DNA of 64,000 nt from an uncultured Planctomycetaceae bacterium. Its GTDB lineage: Bacteria > Planctomycetota > Planctomycetia > Planctomycetales > Planctomycetaceae. The position numbers and the translations under genes are program-made. Where the stretch lies: positions 384,001 through 448,000 of the forward strand of contig CAWFGE010000008.1 of assembly GCA_963815195.1 (NCBI GenBank), in the 5' to 3' direction. Shown here piece after piece: positions 20,893-31,617 of this stretch. Each line of letters opens with the position of its first letter. Position 1 is the first letter of the stretch. Below the pieces are notes generated by a model. That model did not search any database and was not told the origin of the DNA. It saw only the letters and a list, made by a program, of their open reading frames with translations.

Positions 20893-22149
20893 ATGAGATT
20901 CTTGCGGACCATTCTTTGTTTTCTTGGGCTGTCCCTTCTTGGGGAGCCGGCGACGGCTCAATTGGCGGTCCAGGGCGATCGCGTTTACACGATGGCGGGA
21001 GCGGCAATCCAAGATGGTGTTGTGGTCATCAAAGACGGCAAAATCTCGGCGGTCGGCCGGGCCGCGGATGTGGAGATTCCCGCCGGATTCAAAGTACTGA
21101 AGGCCAAAGTCGTCACGCCAGGGTTGGTGGATGCGCACAGCGTCGTCGGCTTGGCGGGGATTTTGAACTTCAAGCACGATCAGGATCAGTTGGAAAAATC
21201 CAATCCCATCCAACCCGAACTGCGGGCTCTGGATGCCTACAATGCCCAGGAAGACCTGATCGAATGGGTCCGCAGCTTTGGAGTCACCACCCTGCATACG
21301 GGGCATGCGCCGGGCGAACTCATTTCCGGCCAAACGCTGATCGTGAAAACCGTCGGCAAGACCGTCGAAGACGCGGCGATGGTCAAAGCCCGAGCGATCG
21401 CCGCTACGCTGTCTCCCATCGCGAAAAAAGACGACAAGAAACCGCCGGGCACGCGCGGCAAAATGGTTTCGATGTACCGAGCCGAGTTTGTGAAAGCCCA
21501 GGAGTATCTCAAGAAACAGCAGACCGCCCAAGCTGGCGGAAAAGAGGGCGAAGGCGGCAAAGAGAAATCGCCCGAGCCACCGGCACGCGATCTCAAGTTG
21601 GAAGCCCTGGCCCAAGTCCTGAAGGGCGAATTGGCGCTGATGGTCACGGCCGATCGCGCTCAGGACATTTCCAGCACGCTCCGGCTCGCCAAGGAGTTTA
21701 AGATCAAACACCTGTGGCTTGATAGTGCGGCCGAGGCATATTTGGTCATCGATGAAATCAAATCCGCGAAGGTTCCGGTGATTTTGCATCCTACGATGTC
21801 GCGGGCCGTGGACGAGAAAGAAAACCTCAGCTTTGAAACGGCGGCCAAATTGGTGAAAGCTGGGATTCCGGTGGCGATTCAAAGCGGGTACGAATCCTAT
21901 GTTCCCAAGACCCGTGTGATCCTGTTTGAAGCCGGCATGGCGGCGGCGAATGGCTTAACTTTTGAGCAGGCTCTGGGCACAATTACGATTGAGCCCGCCA
22001 AGATTCTGGGTGTGGAAGATCGTGTGGGTTCGCTCGCCGTCGGCAAGGACGGCGATGTTGCCCTCTACGACGGCGATCCATTCGAGTACACCACGCACTG
22101 CATCGGCGTCGTCATCAACGGCGAAATCGTCAGCGAAACCAAGCGATAG
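20893..22149 (+). CDS. Exported amidohydrolase-family protein (partner paralogue)
   Basis: Signal peptide; TPGLVDAHS, PGTRG, GSLAVGKDGDV. Confidence 0.9.
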   Translation: MRFLRTILCFLGLSLLGEPATAQLAVQGDRVYTMAGAAIQDGVVVIKDGKISAVGRAADVEIPAGFKVLKAKVVTPGLVDAHSVVGLAGILNFKHDQDQLEKSNPIQPELRALDAYNAQEDLIEWVRSFGVTTLHTGHAPGELISGQTLIVKTVGKTVEDAAMVKARAIAATLSPIAKKDDKKPPGTRGKMVSMYRAEFVKAQEYLKKQQTAQAGGKEGEGGKEKSPEPPARDLKLEALAQVLKGELALMVTADRAQDISSTLRLAKEFKIKHLWLDSAAEAYLVIDEIKSAKVPVILHPTMSRAVDEKENLSFETAAKLVKAGIPVAIQSGYESYVPKTRVILFEAGMAAANGLTFEQALGTITIEPAKILGVEDRVGSLAVGKDGDVALYDGDPFEYTTHCIGVVINGEIVSETKR

Positions 22150-22199
22150 GGCGAGACCGACCTCACCCAGGCTTCCTGTCGCTTGATGGAGAAATCATC

Positions 22200-22760
22200 A
22201 TGCCACAACTTTCAAATCGCCGTTCTTTCTTGCAAAGTTCGGGTCTGGGATTAGCGGGTTCATTGGTGGTTCCGGCTGTTTTGCGGTCCGCTTCCCCGAA
22301 CGAAACGGTTCGGCTGGCCAGCATTGGCGTCGGCGGAAAGGGCTGGACCGATCTCACCTCTGCCGCGAAACACTGCGACGTGGTGGCCTTCTGCGACGTG
22401 GACGCGGGTCAGAACGGTCGTCGCGGCGGATACGGGACCGCGGCCGAGAAATGGCCCCAGGCCCGCCGGTACACCGACTGGAGAGAACTGTTCGACAAGG
22501 AACAGGGCCGGATCGATGCCGTGACCGTCAGCACGCCGATCACATGCACGCCCCAATCACAATGACCGCGCTGCAACAGGGCCTCGCGACTTACACGCAA
22601 AAGCCGCTGACGCGCACCATCCACGAAGCCCGACAACTCGCGCTGGCCGCCAAAAAAGCCAAAGTGGCCACGCAAATGGGAAATCAGCATCATAGCGGGG
22701 CCGGTTATCGCACGCTGGTCAAGATGGTGCAAGGCGGCCTGCTGGGAAAGATTCGATCGG
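22200..22760 (+). pseudogene. Tat-exported Gfo/Idh/MocA oxidoreductase, frameshifted (~22535) and 3'-truncated
   Basis: SNRRSFL signal; IGVGGKG, STP/DHMH, QKPL and QMGNQ motifs; ends at GLLGKIR. Confidence 0.85.
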
Positions 22761-22777
22761 CTGCATTAAGTTCCCAA

Positions 22778-24495
22778 TCATCGGTTTTGCTCCTTTCGAA
22801 GAGCGGATTTCACAAACTTGGAATAACTCACCAGCGGCCGAATGACCGGGTGCTCATCCAGAAACTCGAACTGTGCTTGCACGGGGGCGTTGCGATCGAT
22901 CAACTTGCGAACGGTCTTGAGACGATAGGCCCCATAGGAGTGAGCCGTTTGGCAGGCGAGTTCGATGTCCTCGCGCGAATGCTTGTCGGCCAGTTGCTTC
23001 AGGCCCATCAACACGCGCACGCCTTGAATGCCCCGCGTTTGCAGCATGGCCGCGGCCCAATCCCTGGTTTCCGTGCCGATTTCGCTGACTTTCGCCAGCC
23101 ACCACGCGGCCCCGCGTTCCACGCCGGAGATTTTCCGCGCGTCGAGATGGCTGTTCTGCGTGCTGAAACCTCCCGGCTCTTGGCGGGCGTGCAAAGCGAT
23201 CTGTTCCATCTTGGCATTGAAGATTCGCACCAATCTGCCGTCCCAACGCACCCAGACTTTCCTTCCCATAAATTCCGGCGGCACGGAGTAACACGCCTTG
23301 TCCACGGAGACATGTCCATCACGATGCACGCTCCGCAAGGCTTCATGGAAAAACGGAAATCGTTCCAACGGCAACGGCAACAGTGCCGACCGTTCCCGTT
23401 CGCGAAATGCCTTGCCCACTTGCTCTCTTGTCGTGCCATGAATCCGTGTGTCCGCCACTTGGGATTCCCATTCCCACAGGTGTTCGTTCTGTTCGCGAAG
23501 GCTTCGGAATGTCCGCCCCTTGAGCGCGTTTTCCTGGGCATAATCCACGCCGCGTTCCACCTTGCCTTTGTGTCTCGGCGTGCGAACCCGCGTGGGCAAA
23601 AACACCGTGCCGTAATGCTCGGCGAACGATTGAATCTTGGGATTCAGTTCCGGATCGAACCAATCCGCTTTACTCACGGCGGCACGCAGGTTGTCGATAA
23701 TCAGGGTCTTGGGCACGCCGCCAAAATGCCAGAACGCACTCTCCAAACAGCGAATGAAGCCATCGGTCGTCTGTTTCTCGATCGCTTCCGTGTACCCCTT
23801 GCGACTGTGGCTGAGCACCACCCGCAACAGGTGCGGCCGGCGACGACGACCGCTTTCATTCACGACCGGCGCTCCCTGGCCAAAGTCCACTTGGGCCTCC
23901 GCGCCGGGCTCACATTCCATCCGCCGAAACGGCAACTCCTTCGAAGACTTTAACTGCCGCACGAAGCGCTTCACGCTGTCATAGCCATGCACAAAGTCAT
24001 GGTCATTTGCCAGGTCTTGAAAGATCCGCTGCGCGGAAAGCCCCTGGGCAAGCTTCTCCAAGATCACATCCCGCCAAGGCGCGCACCGACTCCGCGAATG
24101 ATCTTCCTCCTCATTCGAAGACTCTTCTCCAAAAGGCTCCGGGAAATCATCTGTTCCCTCGGACAATTGGGCCTTCGACCAGGTGGGCGGGCACGGTGCG
24201 GAGACAAGTTCCACGTGGGGAAAAGCGTCTGCCGACCCGGTGGGCGGGCACCGCCCGTAGGGTGGTCTGGCCAGTTTTGCCTCCTCCGACCCGGTGGGCA
24301 CTTTGGCCGGTTTTGCCTCCTCCGACCCGGTGGGCGGGCACCGCCCGAAGGGTGGTCTGGCCGGTTTTGAACTGAGATGAGCGGCCACCGTTGAACGGTG
24401 AATGCCCAATTCGCGGGCAATCCTGCGCAAAGACCACCCTTGAGGCGCAAAGCATGAATGGCTTGAACCGTATCCATCGAGAGTTGATTCGACAT
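22778..24495 (-). pseudogene. istA: IS21 transposase IstA, frameshift near 24435
   Basis: SLRRIARELGIHRSTV HTH; PGAEAQVDFG, IIDNLRAAV, PRHKGKVERG and YSVP motifs. Confidence 0.88.
24232..24374. repeat. In-frame tandem repeats inside istA (54/36/~48 bp units)
   Basis: CCGACCCGGTGGGC...TGGCCRGTTTTG units at 24232, 24286 and 24322, encoding KPA...PTGS repeats. Confidence 0.85.
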
Positions 24496-24982
24496 CGCTT
24501 GTTCCCTTCCGAGAAAACTCGAATGAAAACAAAATGCCGAATCCCTTTCCTCTCAAAATGGCCGGTTTTGAACTGCCCACAAGTGGCCGGTTTTCACTGC
24601 CCGGTGACAGCCGGTCGAGCAACTTCCGCAGCACCCGCTTCCCAAGGGGGTGGACCTTGAACATCTCCTTGCGGATCTGCCCCAGGTTCCGAAAGTGACT
24701 ACGCGAAATATGCCGGGAGGACGGATACTGCGGGGCCTCGTCACGGGAAAAACCAGAGCCTGGAAGATCCCCAGTTCGCGGGAGCTGCAAACGAGGCTCC
24801 GGCCGCATTTCGAACTGTTCCGAGCGATTTCGTTCCCCCAAGTGGATGAGAACGTTCTCGATTCCGAAAGGGGAACCGCTCGATGAAATACCGCCGGGCC
24901 AAACTGCACACGGTTCTGCAGATCTCCGGACTCGCGGTCGTCGCGTTGGGTGTTTGGGGAACGTACCTCTGGCACGCGACTC

Positions 24983-25936
24983 TTCGCCGAATACCAGAAC
25001 GAGCCGTTGCCGGAAGAAACAATCGGCGACGATCTGCTATCAGCGGATCAGATCGCGGGCAAGGTCAACGGAATACCGAGGCGGGAAATCCCCATCGGTT
25101 GCGATCAGCTGACAATGTTTATCGACGTGCAGCAGAACCTGTTGTTCTATGTGATCGCCGGCTGGGAATCGGATTTTACCGGCTATGTCGTGGACTACGG
25201 CGCTTATCCCGATCAGCAGCGGGCGTATTTTACGTTGCGCGACGCCCGCAGGACCTTATCGCACGCCGCACCCAATACCGGATTGGAAGGCGCGATCTAT
25301 GCGGGCTTGGAAACATTGGCCGGCCAACATCTGGGGCGGGAATGGAAGCGGGACGACGGTGCTGCGATGCGAATTGAACGCTGCCTGGTGGATGCCAACT
25401 GGGGTTCGTCCACCGATCTGGTGTATCAGTTCTGCCGGCAGAGTCCGCATGCGGCCGTGTTGCTGCCGTCCCACGGCCGTTTCGTCGGGGCGTCCAGCGT
25501 ACCCTATTCGGATTACAAGCGCCGGCCGGGTGACCGCGTGGGTTTGAACTGGCGGATTCCAAACGTCCGCGGCAAGCGGGCCGTCCGCCACGTCTTGTTC
25601 GATGCCAACTACTGGAAGAGTTTCATTCAGGCCCGCTTCGCCGTGGCGATGGGGGATCGCGGCTGCTTGTCGCTATTCGGAACCAAGCCCGAACAGCATC
25701 GGTTGTTCGCGGAACATCTGACGGCGGAATACCGGGTGAAGACCGAAGGGCGCGGCCGCACGGTGGATGAATGGAAGATTCGCCCTGAGCAGCCCGACAA
25801 CCACTGGCTGGATTGTCTGGTGGGCTGCGCTGTTGCGGCTTCGATTCAGGGCGTGATGTTGTTTGGAACGGATGCCAAACCGGTGGTGAAACGGACGCGG
25901 GTCAAATTATCCGATCTGAAACGGGAGCGAAGATGA
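24983..25936 (+). pseudogene. Phage terminase large subunit (GpA-like), C-terminal nuclease part only
   Basis: FAEYQNEP, LTMFIDVQ, CLVDANWG, FDANYWK and DNHWLDCLVG motifs; ATPase half missing, upstream sequence unrelated. Confidence 0.75.
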
Positions 25937-26076
25937 ACGATGCCGGCGAAATGACGAAAGAAGACCGTTTCCGAGAAATCGCCGCAATCCTGGCCCGCGG
26001 CGTCCGCCGCTATCGCCAACGGTTGCGGGACAAAGGCAAAACTTCGAAATCCGCCCAAAAAAGACTTGGCCAATGA
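25933..26076 (+). CDS. Small hypothetical protein upstream of DUF2924
   Basis: ATGA overlap with the terminase stop; MTKEDRFREIAAILARGVRR. Confidence 0.55.
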   Translation: MNDAGEMTKEDRFREIAAILARGVRRYRQRLRDKGKTSKSAQKRLGQ

Positions 26077-26156
26077 CCTTGAGGTTCTCCGCGAAACGAG
26101 GCTGAGTGTCTCACGTGTTTCGTTTTAACCCACCGAGAACCAGAGAAAGGACCAAC

Positions 26157-26621
26157 ATGCCACTGGACATCCAACGCGAAGTTTCATCGCTGGAAAAGAT
26201 GACCGCCGGCGAATTGCGAGAACGCTACGCCGAAGTCTTCGGCGAAACCACACGATCCCGCCACAAACGATGGCTGATCCGTCGGATCATCTGGCGGATG
26301 CAGGCCAACGCAGAAGGCGATTTGAGCGAACGCGCCCGGCAGCGTGCCGCGGAACTGGCCGTCGACGCCGAGGTCCGCACCACGCCGCCGAAGGATTTTA
26401 CGGCCAGCCGGGTTCCCAAGGCCGGTTCCCACGATCCCCGGCTGCCGGCCCCCGGCACGTCCATCGTCCGCCAATACAAAGGCCGCGAAATCGAAGTCCG
26501 CGTTTTGAAAAGCGGGTTTGAATGGGAGGGCGACCGCTACCAATCATTGTCTGCCGTCGCCAAGGCCGTCACCGGATCGCACTGCAACGGATTCCGCTTC
26601 TTTAACCTGGAGGCGAAATAA
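26157..26621 (+). CDS. DUF2924 domain protein
   Basis: LRERYAEVFG...LIRRIIWRMQ...PGTSIVRQYKG...FEWEG..Y.SLSAVAKAVTG.H.NGFRFF; AGAAAGGA RBS. Confidence 0.85.
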   Translation: MPLDIQREVSSLEKMTAGELRERYAEVFGETTRSRHKRWLIRRIIWRMQANAEGDLSERARQRAAELAVDAEVRTTPPKDFTASRVPKAGSHDPRLPAPGTSIVRQYKGREIEVRVLKSGFEWEGDRYQSLSAVAKAVTGSHCNGFRFFNLEAK

Positions 26622-28186
26622 TGCCGCGTAAGAAATCCAAACCCAAACAAAAAACGCCGCAGAAAATCCGCTGCGCGATTTATACCCGCAAGTCCCATGA
26701 AGAAGGCTTGGAATTGGAATTCAATTCGCTGGACGCCCAACGCGAAACCGGCGAAGCTTACATCGCCAGTCAGCAGCATGAGGGCTGGGTCTGCTTGCAA
26801 ACCCGATACGATGACGGAGGCTATTCCGGCGGCGACATGGAACGCCCGGCGCTTCAGCGGTTGCTGGAAGACATCCAGGCCGGAAAGGTGGATTGCGTCG
26901 TGATTTACAAACTGGACCGGCTGAGTCGGTCGCTGTTGGATTTCGCCCGCATCATGGAGATCTTCGACCGGCACGAGGTGTCGTTCGTTTCCGTGACGCA
27001 GCAATTTAATACGGCCACGTCGATGGGCCGACTGATGTTGAATATCCTGCTGTCGTTCGCGCAATCCGAACGCGAGATCATCGGCGAACGCATCCGCGAC
27101 AAGATCGCGGCCCAGCGGCGGAAAGGCAAATGGGCGGGCGGGATCCCCGTTCTGGGCTACGATGTGGACCGTTCCGGGCACAGTCCCAAATTGGTGATCA
27201 ACGCGACCGAAGCCGCCCGCGTGCGGGAGATCTTCGATTTGTACCAGAAGCACGGATCGCTGTTGGCGGTCGTCGAAGAATTGGAGCGGCGGGGCTGGAC
27301 CAACAAAGAATGGCTGACCAAGAAGGGCAACCGGCGTGGCGGGCAGCCGTTCGAGAAGGCCAGCCTGCATGCGCTGTTGACGAATCCCATTTATGCCGGC
27401 CGGGTCAAACACAAGTCGGACTTCTTCGAGGGCGAGCACGAAGCCATCATCCCGAAAGAAGTGTTTCGCGAGGTCCAAGCCCGGCTGAAACAGAATAACC
27501 GCACGGGCGGGGCGGAAGTTCGCAATAAGCATGCCGCCCTGCTGAAAGGCCGGCTGGTCTGCAAGGCGTGCCAGCGGGCGATGGTGCACACTTTTACGGC
27601 ACGCGGGACGAGACGCTACCGCTACTACACGTGTTCCCGGGCGATTCAAAGCGGCTACCAAACCTGCCCGTCGCCGTCCCTGCGGGCGCCGGAAATCGAA
27701 GCCGTTGTTGTGGACCAGATCCGCTGTATTGCCACGGACCGCAAACTGAAGGCCGAAGTCTTGCGCCAGGCGGAATTGTACGCGAAAGAAGAACTGGCCC
27801 GCCTACGGTTGGAACGCACGCAACTGGAGCGGGAACTTTCCCGCCATCACCGGGAAATTCGCCAGGCGGTGACGAACCCCGACGGTGTCGCGACCGTGTT
27901 GATTGCCGATCTGCAAAATCGAATTTCAGAGGCGGAACGGCGGATGCCGGAATTGGCGGAAGAAATCGCCGCCGCAGAAAACGACCAATTGACGAAGGAC
28001 GACGTGGACGCCGCGTTCGGCGATTTCGACAGTCTGTGGGACGCCCTGAGTCCCCGCGAACAAAGCCAACTGGTGGGCCTGCTAATTTCCCAGGTGGAAT
28101 TCGACCCCGAAGACAGCAGCATCGAAATGGAATTTCACCCGACGGCGATCAAGAAATTGGCCCAGCAAATGGGGGTGATAGCATGA
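26621..28186 (+). CDS. Large serine recombinase (resolvase, recombinase and Zn-ribbon domains)
   Basis: CAIYTRKS, FNSLDAQR, YDDGGYSG..ERPAL, YKLDRLSRS, LTNPIYAG, HEAII, CKAC...YYTC...C and a coiled coil. Confidence 0.93.
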   Translation: MPRKKSKPKQKTPQKIRCAIYTRKSHEEGLELEFNSLDAQRETGEAYIASQQHEGWVCLQTRYDDGGYSGGDMERPALQRLLEDIQAGKVDCVVIYKLDRLSRSLLDFARIMEIFDRHEVSFVSVTQQFNTATSMGRLMLNILLSFAQSEREIIGERIRDKIAAQRRKGKWAGGIPVLGYDVDRSGHSPKLVINATEAARVREIFDLYQKHGSLLAVVEELERRGWTNKEWLTKKGNRRGGQPFEKASLHALLTNPIYAGRVKHKSDFFEGEHEAIIPKEVFREVQARLKQNNRTGGAEVRNKHAALLKGRLVCKACQRAMVHTFTARGTRRYRYYTCSRAIQSGYQTCPSPSLRAPEIEAVVVDQIRCIATDRKLKAEVLRQAELYAKEELARLRLERTQLERELSRHHREIRQAVTNPDGVATVLIADLQNRISEAERRMPELAEEIAAAENDQLTKDDVDAAFGDFDSLWDALSPREQSQLVGLLISQVEFDPEDSSIEMEFHPTAIKKLAQQMGVIA

Positions 28187-28596
28187 TCCGCGTCAAACAA
28201 AAACTGCATTTCGGCAAGGTCCAGCGTGGTCAACAGAAGATTCGCAAGGAAAAGCCCGTTTCCGTGGCGGAAGGGCGGGTTCCGCGAATATCGCGGCTGA
28301 TGGCGTTGGCGATCCGGTACGATGGGTTTTTGCGGGATGGAACTGTTCGGGACCAAACCGAACTGGCAAAATTGGCCCACGTCACCCAGCCCCGCATGAC
28401 GCAGATTTTGAATCTGTTGTATTTGGCGCCGGACATTCAGGAAGAACTTTTGTTTTTGCCGCGGGTGATGGAAGGCAGGGATCCCGTGCATGAAAGGATG
28501 CTTAGGCCGATTGCGGCGGAGGTGGATTGGGGGAAGCAGAGGTCGATGTGGGAGGAGATTATTGTGGATTTGAAAACGATATCGATTGAGGGCTAA
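28183..28596 (+). CDS. Hypothetical HTH-like protein of the DUF2924-recombinase module
   Basis: RVPRISRLMALAI...ELAKLAHVTQPRMTQILNLLYLAPDIQEELL; overlaps the recombinase stop. Confidence 0.75.
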   Translation: MIRVKQKLHFGKVQRGQQKIRKEKPVSVAEGRVPRISRLMALAIRYDGFLRDGTVRDQTELAKLAHVTQPRMTQILNLLYLAPDIQEELLFLPRVMEGRDPVHERMLRPIAAEVDWGKQRSMWEEIIVDLKTISIEG

Positions 28597-28609
28597 TTCC
28601 TTCGGTGTG

Positions 28610-28700
28610 GCGAAAGACCCGCAAAAGCGTTTTCATACATCCGACGAATTGGCGCGAGAATTAAAACGCTATCTCAACGGCGAACCGATCCACAGTCGAA
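28610..28700 (+). pseudogene. Short remnant of a Ser/Thr kinase domain C-terminus
   Basis: AKDPQKRFHTSDELARELKRYLNGEPIHSR. Confidence 0.5.
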
Positions 28701-28879
28701 CGAACGAAGAGAACATCTGTTACGCGACGTTCCTTACTCCGTTGTTCGCCGAGGCGGTTGAAGTTGGCCGCGAGGATCGATGTCGCCAACTTCACAATAT
28801 CTTTGTTCATCTCCTGATTTCTCTCCCCCCCTTAACAACGCGGCGGCTGTCTCGAAGATGTCGACCCGCTCTTGACAGC

Positions 28880-29119
28880 GACGGATAGTCCACCACGAAC
28901 AGCGAGATCTCCAGCAGGTTCGGCGCGTGTGGGCACTCGATCCGATAACGCTGGAGCGCGCCGAGGTAATCCGCGTAGCCGAGTTCCTCGCGCAGCGCCT
29001 CGAAGATCCACTCCAAGCGATTGGACGAGATGCTGCTTCGAGTCGGTGACGATCTGATCGTTGTCGAGCAGCGTGTTATCGATGTCGAGCAGAAACACCA
29101 CTCGGGCAGGTGCGGTCAT
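28880..29119 (-). pseudogene. HAD-family hydrolase fragment (frameshifted, truncated)
   Basis: VFLLDIDNTLLDND, then in another frame IFEALREELGYADYLGALQRYR. Confidence 0.75.
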
Positions 29120-30507
29120 GCGGAACCTTCCTCGGGCTCGGGGTTGATCCAGCATCCGTCGCCTGCGATGAGTGCGTCGGCCTCTTTCGGTCCCCAACTG
29201 CCGCGCTCGTAGGAGTGAACGCAGTGGTGATTCCCAAGGACTGGCTCGACAACGGCCCAGGCAGACTCCACCGCGTCCTCGCGTGTGAAGAGCGCTCCGT
29301 CGCCCGCCATCGCGTCGCCCAATAGTCGCTCGTATGGCGATTCCTCTCCAGGCTCTTCCTCGACCAGGTATAGCTCCCGCTGGTCGCCGACGAATTCCTT
29401 TCCTTTGCGCTTCACGCGAGCAGCGAGGGCGACGGCGGAATTAGGGGAAAGTCGGAATCGAAGATAATTCGATCGGCCCGTAGCCGAGTCGGCGAACAAA
29501 TCTTGCGGCGGCGGCTTCAACTCGATTAGGACTTCGTGCCCCGTTTCGGCGAGGCATTTGCCAGACCGCAGATACCACGGCACTCCGTTCCAGCGCCACG
29601 AGTCGATGAACAACCGAAGGGCGCAGAATGTCTCCACATCCGAGTTCTTCGCGACGTTGCGTTCCTGCAGGTAGCCAGCGTACTGGCCGCGCACCAGATT
29701 GTCGGGCTTCAGAGGCCGCATGGCCTGGAACACTTTGGCCTTCTCGTTATGAACGGCTCCAAAGTCCCTGACGGCCGGCGGCTCCATGGCCAGCAGCGCG
29801 ACAACCTGGAACAGGTGGTTTTGGATCACGTCCCGCAGGCAGCCAGCCGTTTCGTAAAATGCCCCTCGTTTCTCCACACCAAAATCTTCGGATAGGGTGA
29901 TCTGCACGCTGGCCACGTAGTTGCGATTCCAGATCGGCTCCAGAAACGAATTGGCGAAACGGAAATAGAGAATATTCATAATCGCCTCCTTTCCGAGAAA
30001 GTGGTCGATGCGAAAGATCGAGTCCTCCGGAAATACCGACCGCGCGATACGGTTTAGTTCCCGCGCGGAGGCCAGGTCCCGGCCGAAAGGCTTTTCGACG
30101 ATGACCCGCGCATGGTCAGCCAGTCCCGCGGCACCCAACCCCGAGATGACCGTCGGGAACAGCGAGGGCGGGATGGCGAGATAGTGCGCCGGGCGCTGTG
30201 AGCCGTCCAGCGCCTTTTTTAACTTCGTGAACGTGTTCCGGTCGTTGTAGTCTCCGCTCACGTAACTGAGCTGGGACAGAAGTTGGTCGCAGGCGCTTCG
30301 CTCATCAATGCCGCCCGATTGTGTGATGCTGTCCTCCACGCGGTTGCGTAAATCCGCCAAGCTCCATTGTGGGGAGGCGACACCGACGACCGGGACCTTC
30401 AGGGCACCTCGTTTCGCCAGCGCGTAGAGAGCTGGGAAGATCATCTTGTGGGCGAGATCACCCGTCACGCCGAAGAGCACGAGTGCGTCCGAATCGGACA
30501 TGGTCAT
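29116..30507 (-). CDS. zwf: Glucose-6-phosphate 1-dehydrogenase
   Basis: [32 protein letters not shown] and PYERLL motifs. Confidence 0.96.
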   Translation of the reverse strand: MTMSDSDALVLFGVTGDLAHKMIFPALYALAKRGALKVPVVGVASPQWSLADLRNRVEDSITQSGGIDERSACDQLLSQLSYVSGDYNDRNTFTKLKKALDGSQRPAHYLAIPPSLFPTVISGLGAAGLADHARVIVEKPFGRDLASARELNRIARSVFPEDSIFRIDHFLGKEAIMNILYFRFANSFLEPIWNRNYVASVQITLSEDFGVEKRGAFYETAGCLRDVIQNHLFQVVALLAMEPPAVRDFGAVHNEKAKVFQAMRPLKPDNLVRGQYAGYLQERNVAKNSDVETFCALRLFIDSWRWNGVPWYLRSGKCLAETGHEVLIELKPPPQDLFADSATGRSNYLRFRLSPNSAVALAARVKRKGKEFVGDQRELYLVEEEPGEESPYERLLGDAMAGDGALFTREDAVESAWAVVEPVLGNHHCVHSYERGSWGPKEADALIAGDGCWINPEPEEGSA

Positions 30508-31523
30508 GGGGTGGCTCCCTTCTCTTTGTGGCCGCCAAATTCATAACGCAGAGCAGCCAACAGCTTGTCGGCAAAGTCGTCCTCGCCGCGCGAGCTAAAC
30601 CGTTCGAATAGGGCGGCGCTGAGCACGGGGGCCGGAACCGACTCGTCGATAGCGGCCGTGAGCGTCCAACGACCCTCGCCTGAATCCGAGACCCGGCCGG
30701 CAAACTTCGCCAGGTCCGGACTATCGAGGAGTGCCGCGGCGGCCAGATCCAGAAGCCACGACGCAATCACGCTACCGCGGCGCCAGACTTCGGCAATGTC
30801 GGCCAGATTCAGATCGTACCTGTAGTGCTCGGGGTGCCGCAGAGGCGTCGTTTCGGCATCGACGTTACGTCCTTTATCGCCGACGTTCGCGTGGCGAAGG
30901 ATATTCAACCCCTCCGCGTAGGCAGCCATCAGGCCGTACTCAATGCCGTTGTGGATCATCTTCACGAAGTGGCCAGCGCCACTCGGACCACAGTGCAAGT
31001 ACCCGTGCTCGGCGGTGCCACTGATCTTCTCGCGGCCGGGCGTGCGTGGCACCGCGTCGATACTGGGAGCCAGGGCGACGAAAACGGGATCGAGGCGGCG
31101 TACGATGGCTTGTTCGCCCCCAATCATCAAGCAATAACCACGTTCCGCCCCCCAGACGCCTCCGCTCGTCCCGACGTCGACATAGTGAATCCCGGCCGGT
31201 TTCAATTCGGCCTCGCGGCGGATATCGTCGTGGTAGTGTGAATTGCCGCCGTCGATGACCACGTCGTCGCGTTCGAGGAGTGGGACGAGGGTCTTCAGAA
31301 TCTGATCGACCACGCCCGCCGGTGCCATCATCCAGACGGCGCGGGGTTTTCTCAGTCGATGCGCGAAGTCTTCGAGCGACTTCGCTCCGACCGCTCCCTC
31401 TTTCACAAGTGCCTGGACGGCTTCCGGCTGGTGGTCGTAAACCACGCATTGATGTCCGCCCTTCATCAGTCGGCGGGCCATGTTCGCGCCCATCCGCCCC
31501 AGACCAATCATGCCTAGTTCCAT
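30504..31523 (-). CDS. gnd: 6-phosphogluconate dehydrogenase, decarboxylating (short type)
   Basis: [34 protein letters not shown] and SDSGEGRW motifs. Confidence 0.95.
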   Translation of the reverse strand: MELGMIGLGRMGANMARRLMKGGHQCVVYDHQPEAVQALVKEGAVGAKSLEDFAHRLRKPRAVWMMAPAGVVDQILKTLVPLLERDDVVIDGGNSHYHDDIRREAELKPAGIHYVDVGTSGGVWGAERGYCLMIGGEQAIVRRLDPVFVALAPSIDAVPRTPGREKISGTAEHGYLHCGPSGAGHFVKMIHNGIEYGLMAAYAEGLNILRHANVGDKGRNVDAETTPLRHPEHYRYDLNLADIAEVWRRGSVIASWLLDLAAAALLDSPDLAKFAGRVSDSGEGRWTLTAAIDESVPAPVLSAALFERFSSRGEDDFADKLLAALRYEFGGHKEKGATP

Positions 31524-31617
31524 GAGAATTGTCCTTTCACGCGCAGGTTCACCAACCATGCTGCCTTCTAGTTCGAGTCAGGCAGGGGTTTTCGGGTTCC
31601 CAGTTCCAATTCGACGC

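Larger units (their letters stand above)
22760..24609 (-). mobile_element. IS21-family element (copy B), istB and right end deleted
   Basis: Left end TGTCACCGGGCAGTGAAAACCGGCCAC at 24609 with tandem terminal motifs; only a few probable istB codons (MIGNLMQ) after istA. Confidence 0.88.

Noticed and set aside
22451..23953. 500-aa ORF as a novel fusion protein
   Set aside because: Oxidoreductase fragment running into antisense istA across a deletion junction.
24610..24982. Plus-strand gene tail and start of a membrane protein (MKYRRAKLHTVLQISGLAVVALGVWG)
   Set aside because: Both are truncated by junctions and cannot be identified.
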